From Squalus acanthias (taxonomy: Eukaryota): a stretch of DNA of 64,000 bases. The notes under the pieces are model-generated. The model did no database searches. It was not told where the DNA came from and was given only the letters and a program-made list of their open reading frames with translations. Position 1 is the first letter of the stretch. Every line of letters begins with the position of its first letter. The DNA lies in NCBI GenBank assembly GCA_030390025.1, contig CM059453.1, positions 7,502,001-7,566,000 of the forward strand, written 5' to 3'. The position numbers and the translations under genes are program-made. Positions 51,915 through 64,000 of this stretch are shown here, one piece after another.

Positions 51915-52320
51915 TGATCTCGCTGTCCTCGGCATCTTACAATGAAGCTCAACATAAGCTCAAGGAACAGCACCTCATTATTCGATTAGGCACTTTACAG
52001 CATTCTGCACTCAACATTGGTTTCCACAGTTTCAGGCTATAAGCCCTGCTAGCATTTTGCAGGCTGTTTATGATTCTGCCATCCCCCTTTGCAATATTTA
52101 ATCTTTCCTTCCTCCTACCTTAGCACATAGTATACATTTAGTTCCTTCCTCCTCTCCCCTCCTCCTTTCCCTGCCTCTGCACCTGCTTAAAATCTGTTAC
52201 ATCTCTCGCCTCTTCCTGTTCTGATGAAAGGTCCCAGACCGGAACCGTTAACTCTGTTTCTCTCTCCACGGATGCTGCCTGGCCTGTTGAGTGCTTCCAG
52301 CATTTCCTGTTGTTATTTTA
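51915..52320 (+). mobile_element. Penelope-like element 3' end with decayed hammerhead motif
   Basis: EAQHKLKEQHLIIRLGTLQHSALNI (resembles the GIY-YIG C-terminus); CTGATGA..GGTC/GACC..GAACC at 52221-52246. Confidence 0.7.
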
Positions 52321-53466
52321 AACTCTGCACCTACCTGGTGCCTCAGCACCTTCCGACTCTTGCGGCCCTGGGCCTGCAGGCGTCCGCCTGCATAAAGGCC
52401 CACCTGTCCCAGGAGCGCTTGCGGTTCATAAGCCTCCCTGGGATCAGGTGGGTTAGCCCAACCTATCAAAATGGGGCTTTCCCATTTTGCTTAAAGAATT
52501 CCATTTACGTACAGAATCCCCTTAAGCATCTTATAAATCACCTAAAAAACACACTGAAATAAAAATACATCATCTCATGGTCAAAATCAGTTGAAATACA
52601 ATTTAATTAAATATTTGAAACAGAAATGTATTTTTGGAAAAATAAATTTAAACATTTTCAAGGGGCAAAAATAACCTAAGCTAACTTTAAAGATTTTTCT
52701 GCAGTTAAATAACTGAAAAACATTTATTTTAATATATATTTAAGCCCTTATGCTTGTTAAAGAATGTGTTACACCTTTTTTTTTCTAGGCGTATGGGTTC
52801 CGTGGGCATTCGCTGAGCAGCAGTTGGGCAAATAACCCTACACTGTGCAAGCGAATGTCCATTTCCTGCGGATGGGGACGATCTGACAAGGACAATTTTG
52901 ACAGATCGCAAGTTCTGTGTTTTAGCCCATGGTCATTGCACGTGGAAACCCAGAACTTGCGGGGCACTCACGGTCGCGTATGCTGTGTGTATCTAGTCAT
53001 AGGCCCTGGAAAGTCCGGGCCATTTTATTTGTGTCGCGATTTGAACTAAAGCTTGTGATATTCCAAGGCTAAACCTAGCTAATCGTGATAATAGCCGGTG
53101 GGAATTATGGGGGATTCATGTAACGTTTGATCAGGAGTGTAAAAAATGTGATATTGGATCGGCCGCCTGTTACACGCCTCCAGGTTTGTACCTCACTGAT
53201 CAGTTTGCAGGACCAGTTGTTTCAATCACTTTAAGCTGTGTATTTCTAGCGGCGTTTGCATTTATGACAGAAACCTCTCGTTCTTTTCCCACGTCCCAGA
53301 CCGAATGTCAAAATTTCCAACAAAAAATAGTACTGCTGGAAATAGAGATGAATTTTTAGTTAATTTCGATAATTTAGAGAGCTTGTACGTGAATGTAAAG
53401 AGTTAATTCAATTGGAAACAAGTCTGTTTACCACAGAGTCAAACGGTTTACTGTCAAACAGCTCCT

Positions 53467-53690
53467 ATCTGTGACGTCACAGATGCATGTTGGAGCGCTT
53501 ATTATTGAAGGTTACGAAACCACACGGCTACAGACTGCAGCAAGCTAACTAACTGAAGTTACACCTCTGCAACATTCAGCTCGTATTAGCTGCCAGAAAG
53601 CTGAATGTGTGTGAAATGTGAGTCAGAGGCGCCTGCAAGCGTGGGCGGTGCCAATCTGTCGCAGACTCCAATTATTTATATCATAAATAA
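53467..53690 (+). promoter_or_regulatory. Candidate promoter of copy B
   Basis: CRE within an 18-bp palindrome (53467-53484), AP-1 TGAGTCA (53619-53625), GGGCGG (53643), CCAAT (53651), and a TATA-like tract ~53673-53690. Confidence 0.5.
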
Positions 53691-54031
53691 CAGTACCTTT
53701 GTGTGTTTGTGCGTGAGAAAGTGAGATGTTATTTCTGTAGTAAGTATTCTTCAGCAACTGTTAGACATGCTATAACATCATATTCAGGAACAGTCGGTCA
53801 CAAGCAGCCCATGTACATGATGTGCTGGCTGCCTACCTCACCAACGGAGCTGAGTGAGTGAGCAGTGTTCCGACACATCGGTAGGAACCGAATCGGACTT
53901 CCCCGAAAGTCTGATGCTGATTATCAAAGCAATCCAAGATGTGACTGGAAAGAAGAATGCAAAAGCCTGAATGGTCTTAATTGTGAAACAGCTTCTTCAT
54001 TTTGAGAGTGACATCGGCGGCTTTTCCAGCC

Positions 54032-54074
54032 ATGAGGACTTGCGTGTTGGTTTATCTCATGGTATTGACCGAAG
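54032..54074 (+). CDS. Copy B signal-peptide exon
   Basis: gccATG Kozak context; MRTCVLVYLMVLTE then G|gtac, phase 1, in frame with the V exon (AFCSA...). Confidence 0.82.
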
Positions 54075-54696
54075 GTACATTTCTTACGTTTTTACTAATT
54101 TCTAAAACAGCTGATTAATATCTGGTGGGAAAAGAACCGGACAGTACCTAATATAATTTTTTTAATTGATTGTAGCAATGGTGAGTTGGTATTCCATGAG
54201 TGTGTTATTGCATGTGATTGCCTATTCAAACAATATTTAAATATAGGGCTTTTCAAGTTATATTTAATGAGAATCGTAATGCACATTTAATAGCATGCTA
54301 ATTCATATTGATTGAGTAATTCAAGGGAGAGTCAATAGAAGTGTAATGCTTATTCTAATTAATGTTAATTTTAATTTATATTTAATGAAGGTTTTATAGG
54401 GCATTCACTTGCTTCTTAGTGGATATGTGTTCGGTTTTTAGATGAGTATTAAATATGCATATTATTTGTTGATAAAACTACTATCAAATATATATTCCAA
54501 TGAACATGTCAATAATTTTTGCGATTGGTATTTAGTCATTATTTTACTTGATTTTGAATAGTCTTTAACTGATATTTAAATTGCTAATGTGCTGGGAGGC
54601 TTTTAGTCAATCAACAAGCAATTTTATGGATGCTTAAGAAATTGCAATACATTTTGAATGGATATTTAAAGGCCGTCGTTTCTTTTATTTTCTCAG

Positions 54697-55077
54697 CCTT
54701 TTGTAGTGCTCAATGTTCTGTGGTGATGCCAAAAGTTGTGTCGGCGGTGTTGGGTTCTTGTGCAGAGATCCCGTGTAAATTTGATAACATGGGTTACATC
54801 GCCAACCTGAACGGGAGATGGATAAAGAGGGAACCTGGTCCTGGAAAACCCAATGAATCCATTATCTATGATTCGAATGGTCCATTCCGGCAGCATTATA
54901 ATTATAGTGGCAGAGCTGAGTTCAAGGGCAACATTGAAAAAAGACAATGCTCCCTCCTGATAAAGGAAATCCGAAAGAGTGATGAGGGTATATATCAGTT
55001 CATCATAAGCATCACCTCGGGCAGAAATTATATTACACATCGCATTGACCGTTCTGACGTCTTTCTTTCTGTTTTAG
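54697..55077 (+). CDS. Copy B V-set Ig exon, Siglec/MAG-like
   Basis: ttttctcag|CC ... TTAG|gtaag, 381 bp, open. MPKVVSAVLGSCAEIPCKFD..W..YSGRAEFKGNIEKRQCSLLIKEIRKSDEGIYQF. Confidence 0.93.
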
Positions 55078-55134
55078 GTAAGTTTACCATTTATTGTTCT
55101 TAGACATTTTTATTCCATTGTTTTAGTATGAATC

Positions 55135-55650
55135 AACATAGAGTCATAGAGTTATAACGGCACAGAGGGAGGTTGTTCGGCACATCTAGTTCCTGCCTGG
55201 TCTTATTAAAGTAATCCAGTCAGTCCCATTTCCCCGCTCTATCCCCGTAGCCCTGCAAGTTTATTTTCCTCAAGAGCCTATCCAGTGTCCCCGTGAAAAC
55301 ATTGAGTGTCTCCGCTTCCACCAGTTCCGTCAGCAGCGAGTTCCAGGACCTCACCACTCGCTGCATAAAAAAGTTTTTACTCACAGGCCCCCTGTATCTG
55401 TTTCCCAAAACGTTAATCTCCGTTTCCTGGTCCTTGTACCATCAACTAGTGGGAACAGCTTTTCCCCGTCTAGCCTATCCAAACCCGTCATAATATTGTA
55501 CACCTCTATCAAATCACCCCTCAAACTCCTTTGCTCTAATGAAAACAAATCCTGATTCTCCAACCTGTCCTATTAGCTAAGATCCCCCATCCGCCGGAAC
55601 CATTCTGGTAAATCTCCTCTGCACCCTCGCCAGGGCCTTCACATCCTATT
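55135..55650 (-). mobile_element. CR1 3' fragment
   Basis: LFSLEQRSLRGDLIEVY; (catagagt)n tail. Confidence 0.85.
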
Positions 55651-57758
55651 TGTAAAGTGGCCATTTTTTTGATTTCTCTGGCCGAACATTAATGTTAGTG
55701 GAAACATATGGGGCAGGGGTACTGATAAGAGACGCAGGCATTAATATCTTAAACACAGAGGTATATAGAAACTACAGCAGTAAATCAGGCCGTTCGGTCC
55801 AGCCAGCCCGTGTTGCTGTTTGTCCTTCATATGAGCAACACTCCGAATGGCATGTGCCTGCTCAGTTCCCATATCCCTTTATAACAATTCCGTTCCAACA
55901 CCTGTCGAGCCTATTCTGAAATGTCCACATGAGGATAGATTTACTAAGTGTTGACTGAACCTAAAGCTGACATTGCTGGTCGTACTTACAATACATCAAC
56001 CAGCAGCTCATTAGTTACAATGAAATGAAAGGTAATGGAACTAGGTTGGTTGCTAGAATGGGTGACTTGTCTGGAATGACAGTTTTAACCAGGGCGACCA
56101 TTTGAAATTCTATCTCAGTCTGCTTCTTTCTCCTCTGTCCCGTTGCTTAATAAGTTTAAGCACTTCTGTCATATCATCCCAAAATCTGTTTTAGCCCAAT
56201 AAAATCTGCCTCAATTTTTAAATACTTTCTTGTTAATTGTACTTCCTCATACCAGACAGAAACTACTCGAATCAGCCCTGTAGCCTTCCTGTAGACTGGC
56301 GCCCAATACCCGTATTCTTACTCCAACTGTGAACTAACCACTGTTCTCTTTAGAATCTCCACTAATCTCGAATTTATATTATAGATCTCCTGCCATTAAA
56401 CTCAGAGCTCCAGAAACATTTTCAAACACTTTTCCACTGGAGGTGCTGCTTTTACTGTCTTTTGAATCTGACCCGAGTTCCTCTGCACTTCCACATCTCC
56501 CAGCTTCCTACGGTTCAAAATAACATCTACCACCTCATATTTTCTGACCTTGAATTATATCTGCCTCTTAAGTGCCCATTCTACTATATCTCCAGTATCC
56601 GTTTGTAACTCCTATTAGTTCTCTAGTTATTTCCTGGGAGTTGTACTTGCAACGTTGGCATGGGTGTCAAACTGGCGATATTGGATGCGCCTCTCATTGT
56701 ACACACCGCCCAATTTTCATTTTGATGGAATCCAATTAACTCCTAACGGGAAATTTGGACATCAGTCTCTTTAGTGCCTTCTCCAAATTATTGATGCAGA
56801 CAGGGAGTAAAAACAATCCCACAGGACAGCCCTGTTGGACACCGTACTCAGATCCAACCATTCTGAGCAACTGCACTTAACGGCGACTCACTGCATCGTC
56901 ACTTCTAAACATTTTCTTTTGCAATTTCTACCTTATTCTTAATTCCAAATTTCTTAATATCTTCTCCAATTATACCCTGTGTTTACCGTCGTCAATGGCA
57001 AGCTGATTACATTTCAAGTTACTTTTTGGTGAAGCGTCTTTTGACGTCGCCAGGAGTTAAAAGGCGCTGAATTAATGCAGTCTTTGTTCGTGCCTTTCGC
57101 TATCCAGCGCTCATTTACCACGCTTTTAATCATATCTTAAATAAAAATTTGATATTTTAGTAATGTGAAAATCAGATCAAGTTACAATTTATTTGTTCTT
57201 TCTAATCCATCCAAAACAAATGCTAGTTCTGCTGAAGCCTTCATGAGATTTACAAGCGAGGAACCTGCTCTGGTTCTCCCACACAAGGCGGTGTTATCCG
57301 CCCTTTGTCTGGTCTGTCCATTTCTTGAGCATTGTCGTTCTCCATTGACGTTTCTTGGCAACAGAATCGAGATCTCTCTGGGTCTGCATTAGTCACCATC
57401 ATATTGGCAAGTAGTGGTGCAGAAGGAAGCATAGGAGAGGATGAAATATTCGTGACATTTGAAGAGTTAACGTTGATTCTAGGTCCAGTCTGCAAGGTCC
57501 ATGATACAAATAATTTAGGAGATATAACGACTAATGTTTAATTAAGTGGGGCCATATGTTACCCGATGAGGCATAAAACTACATTACATCTGCGAGGAGT
57601 AATTCAGAATGGAGAACGCACTTGCAACACGTAGCAGAGAGAAATGAACAAAAAAATGATTTTCTTGTTACTTCTTTCTCAGATTTAGTTGTAAGACATC
57701 AGTCGCCCGTTTTAACATTGAAATGTACCTAACAAGCTGGTTTTCCCCGTTTTTATAG

Positions 57759-58070
57759 AAAAGCCAGAGATTTCAGGTTATGGGGAATTGATCGCTGGAC
57801 AAACTGCACGATTGACTTGTTCTGTCACCGACAGCTGCCCGGATGGCAACCTGAAACTGAATTGGATTAATTACAATGTGTCCCTTCCTCCCGCAATGGA
57901 TACTCAAGATGGAGCAGAAATTAGCAATGAAAGTTCAGGTTCTCGGACAGTTTCATCCGTGATCATCTTCACACCATCATCTGCTCATGACGGGAAAATT
58001 CTAGGATGCACAATTCTAATTGATGGTATGCCAACTCCATCAGCACAAAATCTTACCTTGGAGATTAAAT
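57759..58070 (+). CDS. Copy B first C2-set exon
   Basis: ttttatag|AA ... AAAT|gtaag, 312 bp, open, paralog of 1744-2055. Confidence 0.93.
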
Positions 58071-58075
58071 GTAAG

Positions 58076-61000
58076 CTATGGAGTCATAGAGTTATACAGC
58101 ACAGAAAGAGGCCCTCCGGCCTATCGTGTCCTCGCCGGCCATCAAGCCCTGTCTATTCTAATCCCATTTTCCAGCACTTGGTCCGTAGCCTTGTATGCTA
58201 TGGCTTTTCAAGTGCTCATCTAAATGCTTCTTGAATATTGTGAGGGTTCCTGCTTCTACCATCCATTCAGGCAGTGAGTTCCAGATTCCAAACACCCTCT
58301 GGGTGAAAACGTTTTTCCTCAAATCCGCTCTAAAACTCCTGCCCCTTACTTTGAGACTATGCCCCCTGGTTATTGGCCCCTCCACTAAGGGGAAAAGTTC
58401 CTTTCTATTGACCCTATCTATGCCCCTCATAATTTTGCACACCTCAATCAGTTCCCCCCTCAGCCTTCTCTGCTCGAAGGAAAACAACCCCAGCCTGTCC
58501 AGTCTCTCTTCATAGCTGAGGCGCTCCAGCCCAGGTAACATCCTGGTGAATCTCCTCTGCACCCTCTCCAATGCAATCACATCCTTCCTATAGTGTGGCG
58601 ACCAGAACTGCACACAGTATTCCAGCTGTGGCCTAAATAGCGTTTTGTACAGCTCCATCATAACCTCCCTGCTCTTATATTCTATGACTCGGCTAATGAA
58701 GGCAAGTATCCCATATGCCTTTTTAACCACCTTATCTACCTGACCTGCTGCCTTCAGGGATATATGTACATGCACACCAAGGTCCCTCTGATCCTCTGTC
58801 CTTCCTAGCGTCTTACCATTCATTGTGTATTCCTTGCCTTGTTAGTCCTCCCAAATTTGATGGCTTGCTGCAGTTGTACTGGGCCTTGGTGAGACCACAT
58901 CTTAAGTATTGTGCGCAGTTTTGGTCGCCTTCTCTGAGGAAAGATGTTCTTGCCATGGAGGTTGTGCAGCGAAGATTCACCAGGCTGATACCTGGGATGG
59001 CAGGAATGACGTATGAGGAGAGATTGGGTCGATTGGGCCTATACTCGCTGGAGTTTCGAAGAATGAGTAGGGATCTCATTCAAACTTATAAAATTATAAC
59101 AGGACTAGACAGACTAGATGCAGGAAGGATGTTCCCGATGGCCGGGGAGTCCAGAACCAGGGCTCACAGTCGAAGGATAAGGGGTAAGCCATTTAGGACT
59201 GAGATGAGGAGGAATTTCTTCACCCAGAGAGTGGTGAAACTGTGGAATTCTCCACCACAGAAGGCAGCCAATTCATTAAATATATTCAAGAAGGAGTTAG
59301 ATATATTTCTTAAAGCTAAAGGGATCAAGGGATATGGAGAGAAGGCAGTGACAGGGCACTAAATTTGGATGATCAGCCATGATTTCATTGAATGGCAGAG
59401 CAGGCTCGAGGGGCTGAATGGCATACTCCTGCTCCTATCTTCTATTTTTCTATGTTTCTAAATGCATTACCCCACACGTTTCAGGGTTAAATTCATGTTG
59501 CCACTGTTGTGCCCATCTAACCAACCCTTCTATACCGTCCTGTAGCCTAAGGCTTTCCTCCTCGTTATTTACCACTACACCAATGTTCGTGTCATCTGGG
59601 AATTTACTCCTCATACCTCGTACATTCATATGGAAATCATTACTGTACACTACAACCAGCAAAGGACCCAGCACCGATCCCTGCGGTACACCACTGGACA
59701 CATGCGTACTGTCACAAAAACAACCTTCGATCATCATCATCTGCCTCCTGCCACTAAGCCAATTTTGGATCCAATGTGCCAAATTGCGCTGGATCCCATG
59801 GGCTCTTATCTTCTTGACCAGTCTCCCATGAGGGACTTTGTCAAAATCCTTACTGAAGTCCATGTAGACTACAGCAACTGCACAACCCTCATCCGCACAC
59901 CTAATGACCCCCTCGAAAAATTCAATCAAATTGGTCAGACATGATCTCCCCCTGATACAGCCATGCAGATTATCCTTGATTAATCCTTGCCTCTTCAAGT
60001 GGAGACTAATTCTGTCCCTCAGAATTTTTTCCAATAACTTCCCTACCACCGATGTTAGGCTCAGTGACCTATATTTCCCTGGTTCATCCCTACTAGCCTT
60101 CTTGAATAATGGTACTACGTTAGCTTTTCTCCAGTCCTCTGGCACCTCCCCTGTGGCCAGAGAGGTTCTGAAAATTTGTGTCAGTGCCCCTGCAATCTCT
60201 TCCCTTGCCTCACACAGCAGCCTGGGATACATCCCGTCAGGGCCTGGGGAGTTATCCACATGTAAGTCCGCTAAAAACGTTAGTACTTCCTCCATCTCAA
60301 TACTAATTTGTTCAAGTATATCCCCCTGCCTGATTGCTTTATCTACATCACCCTTCTCCATCGTAAACACTTCTGCAAAATATTCATTTAAAACCTCACC
60401 TACATCTTCCGGCTCTACATTCAGATTGCCACGTTGGTCCCTAATGGGCCCTGCTCTTTGCCGCGTTATCCTCCTGCCCTTAATATACTTAGAAAACATC
60501 TTGGGATTTTCCATTATTTTGCCCGCCAGTGTTTTTTCATGCCCCAGCTTCGCTCTCCTAAATTATATTTTTAAGTACCCCCTGCGCATTATATACTCCT
60601 TTTGGGCTTCCACTGTTTTTAGCCCTTTGTGTCTGCCAAAAGCCTCCCTCTTGTATCTAATCCATTCTTGTATGTCCCTTGTCATCCAGGGTTCCCTCGG
60701 CTTTTTGGTCCCACCCTTGACCTTGACGGGAACATGTTGGTGTTGTACTCTCTCTATTTCCTTTCTGAAAGACTCCCACTGCTCTGATGTGGATTTTCCT
60801 GCAAGTAGCTGATCCCAGTCCACTTTGGCCAGATCCTGCCTTAACATATTAAAATCGGCCTTCCCCCAATTTAGAACCTTTATTTCCGGTCCATCTTTAT
60901 TCTTTTCCATAACTACCTTAAATCTCACCGAATTATGGTCACTGTCACCAAAATGAACTCCTACTGACACTTCTACCACTTGCACGGCTAAATCCCCTAG

Positions 61001-63144
61001 AATTAGATCCAGTACCGCCCACTCTCTTGTAGGACTTTCTACATGATGGCTCAAAAAGCTCTCAAGGATGCACTTTAAGAATTCTGAATCCCTCTAAGCC
61101 TTTCACACTGTGACTATTCCAGTTAATACTCGGGTAGTTGAAATCCCCTACTATTATTACCCTATTATTTCTACACTTCTCTGAGATTTGCCTACATATC
61201 TGTTCCACTTCTCCCCCTGAATGTATGGGGTCCTATAGTACACTCCCAGCAAAGTGCTTGCACCCTTTTTTGTTTTTAAGTTCTACCCATATGGCCTCAT
61301 TAGAGGAACCTGCTCAGATATCATCCCAGTTTACAGCATTAATTGTCTCCTTGATTAATATTGCGGCACCCCCTCCACATTTACAGCCCCCTCTCTCTCG
61401 CCTGAAGATTATACACCTCGGAATATTGAGCTGCTAGTCCTGCCCCTCCCTCAACCATGTCTCTGTGATAGTAACAATATCATACTCCCATGCGTTCATC
61501 AACAACTTCAATTCATCTGCCTTACTCACAAGAATCCTTGTATTAAAATAAATGACATCCAGCCTTGCCATACTACTTTGTGCCGTTATATATTTGCTCT
61601 GCCTTCCAGGCTGACTTGTTTTTTCCTGTATATTTGGCTGAGCATCACCTCCTACTATAGCTCCACTCCTTATCCCATCCCCCTGCCAAGTCAGTTTAAT
61701 GCCCCCCCCCCCCACCCCAAAAGTACTAGCAAACCTCCCCGCAAGTATGTTGGACCAGTCCCGGTTCAGGTGCAATCCGTCCGAGTTGTACAGGTCCCAC
61801 CTTCCCCAGAAGCAGACCCAGTGATCCAGGAAACTATAGCCATCACTCCTGCACAAGCTCTTTTGCAACATATTCATCTGCTCCACCCTCCTATTCCTAT
61901 ACTCACTAGCACGTGGCACCGGGAGTAATCCAGAGATTACAACCTTTGAGGTCTTGCTTTTTAATCTTCTACCGAGCTCCCTAAATTTTGGTTGCAGGCC
62001 CTCATCCCTCTTTCTACCCATGTCGTTGGTACCAATGTGAACCACGACCTCTGACCTTCAGAAGGCCTTCAGTCGTTCAGTGACATCCTTGACCCTGGCA
62101 CCAGAGAGGCAACATACGACCCTGGAGTCACGTCTGCGGCCACAGAAACGTCTATCTGTTCCACGTACGTTAGAATCCCCTATCACTATTGCTCTCCCAC
62201 TCTTTTTCCTCCCCTCCTGTGCAGCTGAGCCACGACCAGTGCCACGGACTTGGCTCTTGTTGCATTCCCCTGGGCAACCTTCTCCCCCATCAGTATCCAA
62301 AATGGAAAATCTGTTGGAGAGTGAGATGTTCCCAGGGGACTCCTGCACTATGTTCCTCGTTCTTTTACTCTGTCTGGTGGTCACCCATTTCCTGTCTGCC
62401 TGCGCACTCTTTACCTGCGGTGTGACTACCTCGTTAAACGTGCTATCCACGAAGATCTCTGCTTCGCAGATGCTCCACAGCGACTCCAGCCACAGCTCCA
62501 GCTCCGAAACGCAGATTTCGAGTAGCTGCAGCTGGAGAAACTTCCTGCACACCTGTTCGCCCTGGACACCGAAAGTGTCCCTGACTCCCACAGAACACAG
62601 GAGGAGCACTCCACGCTGCCGACCTGCCCTGCCATGTCCTACCCGTAATTTAATACATTTACTTCCTTTAATTTAACGAATATTAATTACACTAGGGACT
62701 TTACTTCCCTTTAAACACTACTTAATCTGAACTAGAGACCTTACTTTTACTTTAACAACTGGACTGTAGAAATACTCACCAGCTCCTACTTACCAATCAG
62801 CTCCTTCCCAGGTTATGACGTCACTTTAGCGGTTTCGCAGTTGTTGTTGTTTGACTGCACCCGCTCTCGGACTCTTTCCTTGGTGTAAAGTAAGAACCAA
62901 TTCCCAACTCACAGCACTCTGTTTAAACCGCACTTTTATTTTTCTCCAGATGCGGTTGCGGGATGTCACAGAGCCGAACTCCCGCTGGTTCTCTGTCCGC
63001 TCTTGTGCAGCTTTTTAGCTCCTGCTATCATGGAAGCTGAGAAAGACAGAAAAAGAAAGGAACACCTCCCTCCCCGAACTCCCTCACTAACCAAACTCGC
63101 AGCTTAACACTCTGTTCCGAGCTGCACTACGTGACAAACTGCAC
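58076..63144 (-). mobile_element. Full-length CR1 (5'UTR, esterase ORF1, EN, RT, tail) with TAAG TSD
   Basis: ORFs 62058-62609, 61434-62045, 60563-61054, 59450-60514 and 58158-58823; TAAG at 58072-58075 and 63145-63148. Confidence 0.92.
58857..59459 (+). mobile_element. Nested 5'-truncated CR1 in opposite orientation
   Basis: ORF 58823-59362 plus ctatgtttct tail; splits the host RT, with a possible AAAT TSD. Confidence 0.88.
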
Positions 63145-63729
63145 TAAGTGTCCGGTCTAAAGTAAACAGGCTTATCCTGTCGGCCAACGGGCACAACATT
63201 TGCACTTTTGCCAAAAGTAATTTATCAGGGATTAGAACTTCATCAAAGAATGCATCATGAAAAGCTCAGGCTCTGTAGCAGGGGAGCTCACTTCGATAAT
63301 AAATGGTTCGGAATGGCTCTCATCTAATTCGCATCAGTCATATTACATTAGAAACATTCATAACCATGAATCAATGATGGTGCCTCCAACAGATTTTTTA
63401 ATGTGATTGTTAATCTTTATTCTATGAACTTCCAGTCAGGTTCTGAGTTTAGTCAGTCATAAATGGAAGCAACAAAGGCCATGCCGAGTTAGTATCTGAA
63501 TCTATGGCACCAGGTCTCAGCTCTGCTTGGGCTTAATAAGAACTTAAGAATTAAGAAAAGTAGTAGGCCATACGGCTCTTCGAGCCTGCTCCGCCAATCC
63601 GGCAATCATGGCTGATCATGGAACTCAACTCCAATTTCCCGCCCGATCCCCATACCCAATATAGTGAATTAATTAGGAGCTTAATTATGCTTATTCAGCA
63701 ATCACGTTTTTCTTTAACGCCTGTTTCAG

Positions 63730-63987
63730 ATGGACTGGAAATCCCAACCGTCAACTCCTCTATAGCAGCTGTGGAAGGAAGTTCATTATTATTATACTGC
63801 AAGGCCTGGGGGAAACCCCTGGTCAGTTTAAGATGGGTGAAAAATGGTGAAGAGACCAGCAGGTCTTCCACTGGTGAACTAAAGCAGATATTCCACAACA
63901 TTCGTTCTGAGGACGAAGGTGAATATTGGTGCATAGCTGAAAATGTCCTGGGCACCGCCAACCGATCCACACAGATTTTAGTACAGT
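63730..63987 (+). CDS. Copy B second C2/I-set exon; gene continues beyond the window
   Basis: gtttcag|AT ... CAGT|gtaag, 258 bp, open. YGLEIPTVNSSIAAVEGSSLLLYCKAWGKPLVSLRWVKNG...EDEGEYWCIAENVLGTANRST. Confidence 0.93.
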
Positions 63988-64000
63988 GTAAGTATGTATG

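Larger units (their letters stand above)
56025..64000 (+). repeat. Paralog of window positions 1-~2910 (gene duplication, copy B versus copy A)
   Basis: Colinear intron and exon homology; differs mainly by the 5-kb CR1 insertion. Confidence 0.95.

Noticed and set aside
54032-63987. Naming copy B as MAG, CD22 or SIGLEC1
   Set aside because: True MAG is highly conserved, has five Ig domains and keeps the Arg; orthology cannot be assigned without a phylogeny.

Overview
Eukaryotic, repeat-rich vertebrate DNA; the CR1, Deu-type SINE and Penelope repeats point to a cartilaginous fish (inference). Most listed ORFs are retroelement fragments or antisense shadows. The real content is a tandem cluster of spliced Siglec/MAG-like immunoglobulin-superfamily receptor genes. 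Copy A (+, 5' end outside the window) has C2, C2 (two in-frame stops), C2, TM and three cytoplasmic exons ending at 21411. Copy B (+) has leader, V-set, C2 and C2 exons, all open, and runs off the right edge. Between them lie an inverted, frameshifted V-set exon (23817-24186) and an orphan C2 pseudo-exon (49587-49880). Both V domains keep the Siglec cysteine pattern but lack the essential sialic-acid-binding Arg. Copy A has a TM Arg and a duplicated tail exon whose ITIM Tyr is Ser in both copies. The rest is many CR1 LINEs (some with esterase ORF1), SINEs, two solo LTRs with 4-bp TSDs, Tx1 and Penelope fragments, a palindrome with hammerhead-ribozyme cores on both strands, and minisatellites of 47, ~69 and 24 bp. 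Exon boundaries were read by eye; repeat boundaries are approximate.
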